A stretch of 64,000 nt of DNA from Strigamia acuminata. Its lineage: Eukaryota. The stretch spans positions 3,782,001 to 3,846,000 of the forward strand of contig OX442314.1 of NCBI GenBank assembly GCA_949358305.1, in the 5' to 3' direction. The notes under the pieces are model-generated. The model searched no databases. It saw only the letters and a program-made list of their open reading frames with translations, and was not told the DNA's origin. The position numbers and the translations under genes were made by a program. Shown here in pieces: positions 43,895 to 56,304 of this stretch. How positions within the stretch are numbered: position 1 is the stretch's first letter; the number at the start of each line of letters is the position of its first letter.

Positions 43895-46712
43895 CGTGTC
43901 GCGCTCAACTCTAACCGTCGCTAACTCGTGGGTTGATTACTTAATTCGACTAACTCACTACCGCTTTGCTCAAGCGGTTTACCCAAAGAAATGATTACAC
44001 AGATATAAAAGGTAAAATATAATATAGATTTATTCTGCGGGGCAATGTACAGATATATCTTATATATATATAAAGGGTAAGTAAAAGGTAAATCGGAATG
44101 GGTGATGGGAAATGGAAAGGTAAAGGTAAGATGAAAGCTGGCTGGAATCGGCGAGGTCGTCTGTTGTCTCGTGCGTGTCCAAGATGGCGTCCTCGTTGTG
44201 GCAACGTGATGTCGTCTTGGGCCGGCGTGGCAATATGGCGTCCTCGGCTCGTCTCTGGCTGGTCCTTCGGGCTCACGCTGGTCGGGCGCGAGTGAATGCT
44301 TAGTTAAAAGACTTACTTCGGGCTGTTGTCTAGGTTTTTGTGTGGTGTCCGGCGATCACACAGCGGCGGACTCTTCTGGTTCCCGGCGGTCACACAGCGG
44401 CGGGAACGCTCGTCGTGGTTTTACTGCAGTTTAGGCTTGTGCGACCGTTTGTCTGCACAACTCGCTAAACTGGAGTGGTTTTTACTATTTCTAGCTGGTG
44501 TGCTAAAATAGTGTGGTAATCTTATCTCGCAGGTTACTCTGCGGAGTTTGACACTGACCAAACGTACTCACGGTAAATTGTCCTTTGTCCTCGGTCAATC
44601 CCAGTATTTTTACTTGGGCCTGATCTTGTAGGACGACGGATTTTACGTGTGTTTCTCGTTTGATGGTTGTGTTGGTTCTGCCCGCTCAGTGCAAGGCACA
44701 TTCCTTTGCACAAAGCGGGGTTGACAGGTGACCGGAATCACCCAATGGTGGGGTGGACGAGCCATCCCCACTCCCTCAGGGCAGACGCCTGTCCATTGAC
44801 TAGATGTCAATGCACTGAGGGAAGGGAGACGCGCTTGCGGCTCCCCTTACACCCGAAACGAGGTCACGAGAGAAACTCTTCGTTGACCCCGGTCCAGTCG
44901 GGTCACAACAGTATGTCTTCTATTTATGTCGCTTCCGGTAGTCCCGAATGATTCCGTATTTCTTTGATTTTAAGACGCTACTAATTGTGTGCGAACACCA
45001 TTACAGTGACATCATTTAAATGTCAATTTGTCACAACGCATCAGTGAGTTTTTGCACCACCTGGTGGATACAGCCAAAAACGCTCATTTTGCAAGTGTGT
45101 GACCGATTCTCGGGCGCTGCAACAATATGCCTGCATGGTTCAGTCCAACCCCACCGGCCAGGTGGCATATGACGGTTGAGGAGTAGTGACCCAGATGACA
45201 TCATATCCGGTCACTAATCCCACAACCAATGGGAGAAGGTGCTCTCGTACCCATGGTGCAAGAGTGGTAAGGCCCAACATCCGGTTTGTGCCCAAAGTTC
45301 CTCAGGAACAGCTCAGACTAACATCTGGCTGTTCTCCACTCTTGTTCACCATAGTGATACTTAAGGACTTGGCTGGTCTGCCAGTCCGAGTACCGTGAGC
45401 GATCACCATGAACCGACTGGACATCTGCATGACCACACTGCACAAACGGTTAACCCTAACTACATGTTGTACCGCGGGTGGTCCCAGGTCTGCTGCGGCA
45501 ATGCAGCGGTAGCATAGGAGAGGCATGAGAAAATGACCCCTAGACTGAATAAAGGCCATAAAACCATTAATACCGTCTCTTGTATCACTTCTATTTAACG
45601 TGTCGTGCGTCCGCGCTGTTTGGGCATTTCCGTGCCCGAATGTCGTCCGTTCACTCTCACAAGTGAGCCCCAAGCTGGATTGGGATGATTTTTATGTCCA
45701 AGGCTGTACTTTTTCTTTATAATTTTAAAACACATAACATAAAAGTTTGTAGCACATTAAACCCTCTACAAACTGAGACTGGTTTCAGAATTGCTGGAGA
45801 CATTTACCGAAGTCACACCGATAACAGCAGTTTTAGAGTTGGGTCGGGCGCTTTGGGATCCATTATAGTTTCAGTCACGTACAGGTGGGGCTAGCAACAC
45901 CGGAAGTTGAAACGAACAAATATTCAAGTCAAGTTAAATAAAAGTGTTTAAAAAGCAGAAATCTTTGTACAGTAATAATGTTTTTTTTTTCTTTTTTATT
46001 TTAAATTTTATTTTAGATTTTGCAATCTCCATTGCATTTGAACATGGAACAATGAAGATGTTTGCCGAATGTTACCATGAACTTCTGGAAAAGAATGCAA
46101 ACAAAGGTGGTAAACATGGTTAAAATGGTGTGTTTCGTTAAAATGCTTGACATTCCATCTGTGAATTTGTAAGCAGAAAGAAAATGAAGAATAAATGTTG
46201 TTCAAACTTAGTTTTTGCTTTTCTCTTACATTAAATCATATTTCATAATTTACAGGTACCAGTATTTAACACATATTTTTAACACGGTTACTCAGTTTCA
46301 AAATAATGGAATATTGGTCAAAACTAATCTCATGACCTCTTTTAAGACAATATCTTAATGAAGAATAATTCATGGTTTTATGACATCATTCTACCATTAT
46401 TTAGCTACAATTTAGTTAAAAGAGAACTGAAAAATGTTGATTCAATTTTGAGTAATCTGGATTTTAAAAAGGCCAAAAAATAAAATATTCAATTGTTTAT
46501 GTCAAAAACAATGATCAATGAGGTATAAAGTGATATAAAAAGTACAGTTATGTTTATACAGCAGATCCTCTATCTCTCCAATTCGTTTCGAAGTTGGCCT
46601 GGATGGGTTGGGAACGTTTGCTGTCTTGGTATGGTGTCTTTTAAGTTCTATCTTAAGACGGGAAATCCCTGAGCACTGTACAAAGGTACAGTGGGGTCAG
46701 ATGACGGCCACA

Positions 46713-46746
46713 ATATATATATATATATATACATATATATATGTAT

Positions 46747-46786
<40 letters not shown>
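46713..46786. repeat. (TA)n microsatellite, continuing at 47541-47556
   Basis: Visible TA run split by the MITE at 46787. Confidence 0.9.
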
Positions 46787-46789
<3 letters not shown>

Positions 46790-47540
46790 GGTGTCCTGCC
46801 GAACACCTACCAGGTGAATTATTTCACAATCACGTTAATTCAAAAATACTTTTGATTGTGAATTAAAGTAAATGACCTGTGACAAATTCAATGAAACATG
46901 TTAAATTGATGGGACATTGTTGCATCACTGTTTTGCAACTCGTAACTTTTAAACCATCAATGCTACGCAAAAAATGTCAATTGCAAAGTTGTAGGGAACC
47001 ATCTAATTAGTCTAGAACTGTCGTTAAAAAAATTATTTCTTACTGAAAAGTTTTGAGAAAAAAAGGTTTGAAATGTTAGTCTACTCAGCTTTGTAACCTA
47101 AAACTATCATGTGGAATGTATTTCCAAAATAAATTATTTCCTTTCTTTTGTGTTTCCTATCTTCTACTTACAAGTATGACACAATAAAGTGTCCTAGGTT
47201 GCCTCAATAGTTTTAGGTTACAAAGCTGAGTTACAAAGCTGAGTAGAATAACATTTCAAACCTTTTTTTCTCAAAACTTTTCAGTAAGAGATAATTTTTT
47301 TAAGAACAGTTCTAGACTAATTAGATGGTCCTCTACAACTTTGCAATTGACATTTTTTGCATAGCATTGTTGGTTTAAAAGTTACAAGTTGCAAAACAGT
47401 GATGCAACAATGTCACATCAATTTAACATGTTTCATTGAATTCGTCACAGGTCATTTACTTTAATTCACAATCAAAAGTATTTTTGAATTAACGTGATTG
47501 TGAAATAATTCACCTGGTAGGTGTTCGGCAGGACACCCTG
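46787..47540. mobile_element. Tc1/mariner-like long-palindrome MITE (754 bp)
   Basis: CAGGGTGTCCTGCCGAACACC termini, TA flanks, inverted arms over 300 bp. Confidence 0.9.
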
Positions 47541-47562
47541 TATATATATATATATAAATAAA

Positions 47563-49600
47563 AAATAGGTGCATTCAAAGTTAAAATCCAAATTTGACTT
47601 ATCATAATCTGAATTATCAATAATTCATGTAAGTCATTTGGTTAAACTCCGTACAAAGTGAACAATTATTTGGCTGATGTGGCTGAAATATCTTACCAGT
47701 CACAGGAAATGATGTAATTTACATCACTGAAAAGATAATTCAATTGCAATAAGTGGCCTATTGATAAGTCACTCCAATCATGACTTATCAATAAGTGGCT
47801 GATGGAAAAATTCCTCCAATCATGGCTGAACACATGAATTATTTGGCCACTGGAATAAGTCATTCAAGATGGATGCCCCCAGTCAGTCTATCATGAAAAG
47901 AGGAATCCAGCAAGAAACTGGTCAAGGACTCAAGAAATGAGCAGTGCTCATTACCTAGCTGAACAGCCATACTTAGGCAAAAGCAAGGTTAGTAATTGCT
48001 GACATTTTTAAACACAAATTTATGTTTTCGAGCGCACGCCGATCGTACGATTGCCAGGGCCGCACATTTCCGACACGTTCGCGGCGTCGACCGCTAATCG
48101 ACGAGGAACGTTGCACGAACGTTCGCGGACAACGAGGAACGTCGCACGGACGTTCGCGAACAACGAGGAACGTCGCCGAAACGTTCGCGAAAGACGTGCC
48201 GTGCAGCACAGAAAGCGCCCAGACGACGATTTGTACCATTTGGACTCGTGCGAGGCATTTTTGAACGTTTTGCACGTTTTTGGACGTTTTTTGGACCCAA
48301 ATTTCGAGAGGAAAACATACGTGAAGTGTGGGAATCGATTTGGACACCATAGACCAGCGAAAATTGCGAATTTCGGACATTTTGACCAGAAAAATACACG
48401 TGAAGTGTGTGGATTGTTTCGGATATTTCAACCAGTAGAATTATGGATATTTTGGACCAGATTTTCAAGGAAAAGCACGTGAAGTGCACCAGATGACTTC
48501 ACAAACCTTTCAACTTCTTGAAAACATCATTTTTGAAGATTTTCTTGATTTATTTGAATTTTTGAATTTTTTTTTGAATTTATTTTTGAATTTATTCATT
48601 GAATATTATTGTAAACTAGCTTAGTGTTGTGTTAACATTTTACTAACCTAATTATAAGAGCGCTACTAACCTGCAAACATTGAACCTCGTTTGCATGTAA
48701 TTTATGTTTTGAGCATTTCCACTGGGCAGTGGATTTTGTTTAGTGAAAATAGTACTTTTTCAACATTAATATTTTTATTTTTATAAAGAGTTAATTTTTT
48801 AGTAAATATATTGGATTAAATTAAATTAAATTAAATAAATTAAATAAAATATGTTAATTTTTTTGTGAATATATTAAAGTAAGTTTATTTTTTGTGAATA
48901 TATTATATGAATACTTTTTAAATAAATGAATGCCTTTCTGTAAATATCAAAAAATAGATGGGTGCTACTTAGTGAATATTTTTTTTTAAAAATGAATGCT
49001 TTTTAACAGATTTTAACAGATTTTTAACAGATGTAAAAATGGATAAAATAAATTATTAAAAATTAGATAAAATTCATGAAAAACTGGGTAAAAATCGTAA
49101 AAAATTCATGAAAAACTGGGTAAAAATCGTAAAAAATTGTGAAAAACAAGATAAAAATCGTGAAAAACTAAATAAAAATCATGAAAATTCGTGAAAAACA
49201 ATAAAAATCGTGGAAAATCGTGGAAACCTGGATAAAAATCGTGGAAAATCGTGAAAAAAAAAATAAAAATCGTGAAAAATCATGAAAAACTGGGTGAAAA
49301 AGGTAAAAATCGTGACAAACTGAGTAAAAATCGTAAAAAACAGTTAAAAATTGTGAAAGCCTCGTTAAAAATCGTCAAAAACTGTGTAAAAATCGTCAAA
49401 AATTGTCAAAAACTGGGTGAAAAGTCTTGAAAAGCTTGTAAAAAATCATGAAAATAAGCAGATTATGATTTTTCAAATTTCGATTATCATCTGATGATGT
49501 AAATTGCATCATTTCCTGTGAATGTTAAGTCAAATCAGTCAAATTGGTCAAATCAGTCATTTCAGTCAAATAATTCATTTGACTTTGAATGCACCTAGTG
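47563..49600. mobile_element. Non-autonomous CACTA-like element (~2 kb) with internal minisatellites
   Basis: TAGGTGCATTCAAAGT...ACTTTGAATGCACCTAGTG-TA; left terminus degenerate; AAAAATCGTG array at ~49060-49450. Confidence 0.7.
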
Positions 49601-50052
49601 TAAATGTTCGTTTGTTCAAAATCTTAAATCTCCGAAAATTTTTCACCGATTTGCTTTGAAATTTGGACAAAACGTTGCATACGAATAGGCGCATGTTTTT
49701 ATGTCTACTAGATGTCACACCTGTGACAGGTAAAAACATTCTTTTTTGGAAAAACAGCGCCGTCTTCTGGTCGTAAAAGCAACACATGGCCACAGGCTAT
49801 GCTAAATATTTTAAAAACAGCGCCATCTGTTAGACGTAAAAGCAACACACGATTCCATTCTCTCTCAGTAATCTCCGGCATAACAGGAGATGGCGCTACT
49901 AGTCGGGTTACGTCTAACGGGTTGCGCGGTCAGGTTCGAATGCTCTGCAAGAAAAATTTGTTAATTTTATCGTTTTCTATCCTTTTTTCCAAAGGATTGC
50001 TTTTAATTCGAACCCTTTTGTAACAATTTATCTTTTTTTAGTAAATTATTGT

Positions 50053-53000
50053 ATGTATTCACACTTTAAAGTTATGAATTACCCAACCATTGATGACCAC
50101 GCGGACCTCACGGACCAAACGGGCCTAACGGGCCAAACGGGCCTAACGGGCCTAACGGGCCAAACGGGCCTAGCGGACCAGACAGACCCCACGATCGTTG
50201 CGACCAGCGGGTCTCCGCCACTTTCACCAAGAAAGATGAATAAACGTATAGATGTGCTGACCAACAGCATAGCGGATTTGCATACTTTGATGCTTTCCTT
50301 GGTACCTACCCAAATTGCGAGAACGGTCGTCGTTCCAACGCAAATTACCAATATCCCCGCGGGCGGACCAGGTGTCGTACCTGTCCCAATTACCGCTAAC
50401 GGGTCGGCGACGTCGCCGAGCCCTGGAATCACCTTGGTAAACGGAGCCGGGGGAATTAACGGAGTTCCGTACCCCCCTGCCCCCCCGGTCCCACCAAATC
50501 CCACGAGTGGATTTGCCGACGTTTCCATCCTTTTGGGCGCGGAGTCGACCTTCGGCGAAGCTTGGCCAGCCGAATTGGAAGCATTGGTAAATAAGTCGCT
50601 TTTTAACACGACTACCGAGCATAGGGACAAACTCGTCGAGAAGTTGGTAATCCCGGAAAATGCCAAGTATCTGGATCCCCCTAAAATGGACCCAAGTTTC
50701 TTTTTTGACTTACAACCTTGGATAAAGGCCAGGGATACTACCACGCAAAAGCTGCAACAATCCATCTTGAAGACGTATATTCCCTTGGCCTCGGCCTTGA
50801 AGGACATTGTGTCCGGGAAAATGGACCCCAGCACCTTGAAGGCGCAAATTGCCGAGGCAATGACTCTTTTAGGGTCTATGAACGCTGCGGCTACGATACG
50901 TCGACGCACCGATTTCGCCGAGTCGCTAACCCCGAGATATAAACAATTCGCGAAAGGGAAAATCGTTTTCCCTTTCGATCTCTTTGGCCCCGATTTACCA
51001 AAACAGCTAAAAGAGTACGACGAAATAAAGAAGATGACGAACAAGGCGACCATCGACAAGACGGTGTCCAGAAAGGATAAAGAGAGATCGAATCGTCGTT
51101 ACCAGCCTTACCGGTACGACCAATATAAGCGCTCGGATAATTCAAGAAACTTTGAATTTAAGAAGTCAAGTTGTACGAACGCTGTATGTTCCAAAAATGA
51201 AATTCTTTTCACTAAAACCGATTCTTGTTGCAGATCGGGGGAAGAACCAGCGCGGACGATCGCAGAAGAAGTGACGAGTTCCAAATTTCCTGTTGAAATT
51301 GTAAGAAATAAAGGTTTAATTTCGGAAAAAATGCATCTATCTTTTGAACCTGGTATTTTAAAGAGATTCGTGCCAGCTTGGCGCAAAATTACTAAGAATC
51401 CCTTCATATTATCTTCCCTGTCGGGAATTAAATTTGATTTGGTCTGTGACCAACCCATTCAAGCCAAAAGGACAGAGTATAAAATGTCCGCCCCTGAAAC
51501 TCTTGCTATTTCTCAAGCGGTCGAGAAACTCTGCCACCAAGGCATAATTAAGCCAGTCCAACATATCGAGGGCGAATATTTAAGCCCCATTTTCGCTGTG
51601 CCAAAACCAGACGGGACCGTAAGAATTATATTGAATTTAAAGAAATTTAATGAGAGCTTAGAGTATCTCCATTTTAAGATGGCTTCTCTGAAAGACGCCA
51701 TCAACCTCTTAAAGCAGGATCAATACATGTTTAAAATTGACCTTACTAATGCCTTTTACCTTCTACCAATAAAGGCAGAATTCAAGAAGTTTGTTCGATT
51801 TCTATGGCAAGGACAACTCTTTGAGTACCAGGCCATGCCAATGGGGTTAGCAAGTGCTCCCCGAACCTTTACCAAAATCATGTGCCCAGTATTCGCCGAA
51901 TTGCGAACTTGGGGAATTTGCGGGATCCCTTATCTAGATGATGGGATATTTTTATGCGACACTTTTAACGAAGCAGAAGTCGCCTGCAGCGACGTTATCG
52001 ATTTGTTTCAAAGTTTAGGACTCTGTATCAATTGGGAAAAATCCGAATTTACTCCCAAAACCAGAATGGAATTTCTGGGCCTAACGTTGGATTCCAGAAA
52101 GATGGAGGTTTCTCTCCCGGATAGAAAGATTAAAAAGATCATAAAATTAGCTTCACACCTACTTCCACTAGAAAAGTTTGCTATCCAAGATTTGGCCGTT
52201 TTTATCGGTAATTTGGTCTCCGCCGAACCGGCGCTTTACCATGGGTTCTGGAACATTAAGCCTTTAGAATCTTTTAAAACCGGCCAATTATTTTTACATA
52301 ACCATAACTATAACACCTTGGTGAATAATTACCCCGATATTACTGCTGAATTATCTAGATGGATTAATCCCAAAAAATTTTTGCCTAAGAAATTGATCCG
52401 CAGTGACATAGATACTGAAGTTTTCACTGACGCTTCTAATTTGGGTTGGGGAGCCAGTTGGGATTCCCAAAAAGCAAATGGTCAATGGACTCTTGACGAG
52501 TCCTCGTTACATATCAATGTTAAAGAACTTTTAGCCCTGTGGTTTGCATGGAAGGTTTTCGCGCCCTTCAACGGTAAAAAACATATTATTTCATTCCGAC
52601 AGCTCCACAGTCGTAAGTGTTTTTCGCAACCAAGGAAGTAAGGTTCAATTACTTCACCATTATGGTCGACTAGTATGGGAAGATGCCCAAAGACTTAATA
52701 TTGAATTCTCTGTTGTTCATATTCCTGGCAAGGATAACATCGTGGCTGATTATCTGTCGCGTAATTTCATCACGACTGACGGTGAATGGAGCTTATCTAA
52801 CCTCATGTTTAAATCAATTAGTAATCACTTTGGCTTACCTGAAATTGACCTTTTCGCGACTAGACTTAATAACAAATTACCAAAATTTATGTCTTGGGGC
52901 CCCGACCCCTCCGCCTTCAAAATTGATGCATTTTGTCACTCTTGGGAAAGTTTTTATGCTTATGCTTTTCCCCCCTTCTGTCTAATTTCCAGAATCATAC

Positions 53001-53320
53001 AGAAAGTTCGCCGCGACCAATCGACGCTCCTGCTCATCGTCCCCAAGTGGACAACGCAAGCGTGGTTCCCTTCCTTGATGGAATGTTTGATAGCTGTCCC
53101 AGTATCATTCCCAGCCAAAGATCACTTGTCGTTGGAGCACCAACCGAATGCACCGTTCCCCCTGCAGGCCCTGCAGCTCCTTGGCTGCAAAATCTCTGGA
53201 GAGATCGCCAAGCAGAGGGCTTTTCGCGAGACGCTGCCGAATTGTTCACGGCCGGGTGGCGACCGACCACTGTCACAACGCATTCGGCAGGAGTTAAGAG
53301 GTGGACTGAATTTTGTGTGA
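50053..53320 (+). pseudogene. DIRS gag-RT-RNase H-methyltransferase-like ORF with +1 frameshift at the A run 52576-52581
   Basis: YLSPIFAVPK, MPMGLASAP, YLDDG, FTDASNLGWG, HINVKEL, then second frame HSDS..HIPGKDNIVADYLSR, IDLFAT, YAFPPF. Confidence 0.9.
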
Positions 53321-54194
53321 AGGGACACCTCATCCCGATCCGCTCCCTCTCAACCTCGAACCGCCCCCTAGTTTAGCGGTCGCAAAAACCGCCAACTTTA
53401 TCGCCGCAAGGTTCCAAGAAGGCCTAGCCGCTTCTACGATCACTGGGAATTTGGCTGCAGTTACTGCCGCCGGATTCATCTCTCCCATGGTCAGGGAAGA
53501 CGACAGAATCGTGCGCATTCTAAAAGGAGTCTCGAATTTGCGACCCAATCTACCACGGTACGCGGCAACGTGGGATGTGGGATTAGCTCTTAACGAACTA
53601 CGCAAGCTTTGGCCACACGACAACTTAGATTGGAGATGTCTACAAGAAAAGACACTTATTTTGCTTGCTTTGACAACTGCAGCTAGAGTAAGCTCGCTGC
53701 AACAATTGAAAACTTCGGAAATGACAGTGTCAACTGACGCCGTAATTTTCAACTCTAAGACTATGCACAAAGACTCTCGTGCCGGCCACCATACGGTTTA
53801 TCGAGTTGCCCCTTTTTTACAAGAACGGGCAATTTGCCCTTTTAGGGCGTTGTACGATTTTTTGCAAAAGACAACTGATTTGCGCAAAGGAAATTACCTT
53901 TTCCTAAAGCTCCAACCTCCTCATGCTGCGCCTACTAAGGACACCTTAAGGCGTTGGATAAAGAATTTTCTTAAGAAAATTGGTGTTGGACAAGAATTCG
54001 GAGCGCACTCGACGCGCGCCGCAGCCACCAGTGCTGCTGCTAATACGATTCACGTGCAAGAAATTTTATCTGTTGCGGGCTGGACGTCCGAACAGACATT
54101 TGCCAGGTTTTATAACAAAACCATTGTAAACCAAGATGCCTTTCAAAACTCGGTCTTAAATAGACCAGTTCCAAAGAATTTGTCTAGTAATTAA
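52933..54194 (+). pseudogene. DIRS tyrosine recombinase with 2-nt frameshift at ~53315 (true start uncertain)
   Basis: GWRPTT..KRWTEFC in one frame, then LLALTTAARVS, ICP, HSTR, AGW, TFARFY in another. Confidence 0.9.
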
Positions 54195-55152
54195 ATATTA
54201 ATTATTTAAATAAAAAACTGTAAAATATCTTATTCGTTTCAAAATATTTTACCTTGTTATCCTGAGAAAAGACTATCTCTCAATTCTCCTGTTATGCCGG
54301 AGATTACTGAGAGAGAATGTAATCTCGGCAGAACGAGTGAAGCGAAGCGAAGCGGAGCGAGCGAGTGAATGCCGAGAGCATTCTCTCGATGTAATCGCAG
54401 GTTTCACAGGACCCACCATCCTCCCTGAACACCACAACTCCGAACTTCACTAAATAATTACATTTTAGAAAGAGTTATAACTTAAACTCGCCTACCGTCA
54501 TCACTGTCGATCCAGATCCAGATGACTCCATTTTTGTTTTTTCCTTCACTTCCCTTTTCTACAGGATATGCTTTTAAGACTGACGTAACCCGACTAGTAG
54601 CGCCATCTCCTGTGAAACCTGCGATTACATCGAGAGAATGCTCTCGGCATTCACTCGCTCGCTCCGCTTCGCTTCGCTTCACTCGTTCTGCCGAGATTAC
54701 ATTTCAATGTATCTGATTTACGATCCATTTACGATCCATTTACGATTTCCACATTTCCAATTTCAACCGGATTTATTTCCACAGGATTGATTTCCACGGG
54801 ATTTATTTCCACGGGATTTATTTCCTCGAGACTTATTTCCACAGGATTTATTTCCAGGCGATTTTTTTCCCCGGGATTTAAAAGATGAGCCACATCAACA
54901 CGTGGCCGGGTACAGCTAGTTACTCACAAAAATACCTGAGTATTTGGCTGCCACATAAAGGTTTTCGGAAGAAGAATCGGAAATATGAAATTAAAATTGG
55001 CGCCCGCCGTTCGTTTTTTCAAAAACAAAACAAAATAACCATGTTTTTATTTTCAATTAGGGTTTATTTCATTTGTAATAAACAGCAGTTACCGGTATAG
55101 TGAAATTATCTTCCTAACCATTTTTTAAAAAAAAAGATATTTTGCATGGTTA

Positions 55153-56179
55153 AATGTACTCAACGGATAATTTAGAAAATCCCAAAGTGACTTAATCCTG
55201 TTTCGTGATTTTCGACATATTCTCTTGCTACAATGCACACTTGTAACAGATTTGTTGTTTAATTGTCAACGTAAATTGTTACACTCAAAAACTGTTTGGT
55301 TGTTTTAACTATAGGTAGGGTTGGCTGACAAGGAGACCGCAGGAGTGTGTAATCCACAGTTGTATAATTTAAAAAAAAAATAAAGTATTGTTATTATCTA
55401 AACAGTCAAAACCCTCTTTATTTAAATGCACCTCTCTTTCACATTGTTACAAACAGTTACTTTACTGTGTGATGTAACACTACTTTTTTAATTTTGGAGT
55501 AAAAAGGCCAATTTTATCATTACACTTGGTGAATAGGCTGCTCGACATGTGACATGTGACATCATAACTACCGTAGTCATAATTAATAATTCACTATTCA
55601 TGATGCAAGCTACGGAAAATGCAAGATGGAGTCGCTGGGGGGGGGGGTGGAGAAATGTTGGAGTTGGATCGCCAGGAAACTTGCAAATTAAATTGCATAT
55701 GTTGTTGTCAAGAAGAAATAAACACAGAACGAATGTTTGTAATTGAGGCTTTAAACCAAATCTAAATCATGCATCAACAAAGGTTATGGGCCCAGCAAAT
55801 ACTGAATTTTGTTATTTTGGATATCGTTGGATGTAGTTTGGAAGCGAGCAGTCAGCAGTGTAGAATAAGTGTTTATTACAGATTGTTGGAAAACTTAAGT
55901 AGGCTTAAGAGAGGACTTAAAATTTAGTTGAATTAATTATTATTAAATTTAGTTTAGCCAACAAAATCCTAAAGTTGTCTTTAACTAAATGTTTAGTTGC
56001 CTCTCAGCCAACCATACATTTAGTTAAAACAACCAAACCGTTTTTGAGTGTAACAATTGATGTTGACAATTAAACGACAAATGTGTTACAAGTGTCCATT
56101 GTAGCGAGAGAACAGGTCGGAAATCACGAAACACGATCAAGTCACGTTGGGATTTTCAAAATTATCCGTTGAGTACATT
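55153..56179. mobile_element. Palindromic MITE (approximately TTAA-flanked) with an insertion at its centre
   Basis: AATGTACTCAACGGATAATTT...AAATTATCCGTTGAGTACATT, ~125-bp imperfect arms. Confidence 0.7.
55282..56050. mobile_element. CACT-ended non-autonomous DNA transposon
   Basis: TA-CACTCAAAAACTGTTTGGTTGTTTTAACTA...TAGTTAAAACAACCAAACCGTTTTTGAGTG-TA. Confidence 0.7.
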
Positions 56180-56304
56180 TTAAAAATTGTATTATAATGC
56201 GTGAAAGATATTTTAAATTATCTTTTCTTCTCTAGAGTTTAAAAATGAACAAATTGAGGTGATATTCAGTTTGAAATACTTAAACTACATCCAAATTGCA
56301 CGCC

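Larger units (their letters stand above)
24240..44910 (-). mobile_element. Complete Gypsy/Ty3 LTR retrotransposon 'C' with nested Copia-2 and MITE
   Basis: 1014-bp LTRs 24240-25253 and 43897-44910; 4-bp TSD GTAT; PBS 43877-43894; PPT 25254-25264; gag, pol, ORF3. Confidence 0.97.
49857..54703 (+). mobile_element. DIRS1-like tyrosine-recombinase retrotransposon, full length
   Basis: Inverted terminal repeats (ACAGGAGATGGCGCTACTAGTCGGGTTACGTC), right-end extension, internal complementary region ~54285-54411 matching both ends, ATT at both junctions, no TSD. Confidence 0.95.
47541..54919 (+). mobile_element. Probable non-autonomous Helitron-like element split by later insertions (5' end not defined)
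   Basis: 3' hairpin GCCAC-N8-GTGGC (54889-54906) then CTAG-T at 54916-54920; GGATTTATTTCC repeats; ACCGATTTGCTTTGAAATTTGG at ~49645; (TA)n at presumed 5' end. Confidence 0.5.

Noticed and set aside
45180..45690. Moderately GC-rich island, possibly a degraded retroelement end
   Set aside because: No TSD, terminal repeat or coding motif found
49060..49450. Repeat array as CRISPR
   Set aside because: Degenerate A-rich minisatellite without spacers, in a eukaryotic context
50079..51059. 326-aa antisense ORF
   Set aside because: Shadow of DIRS gag; no recognisable motif
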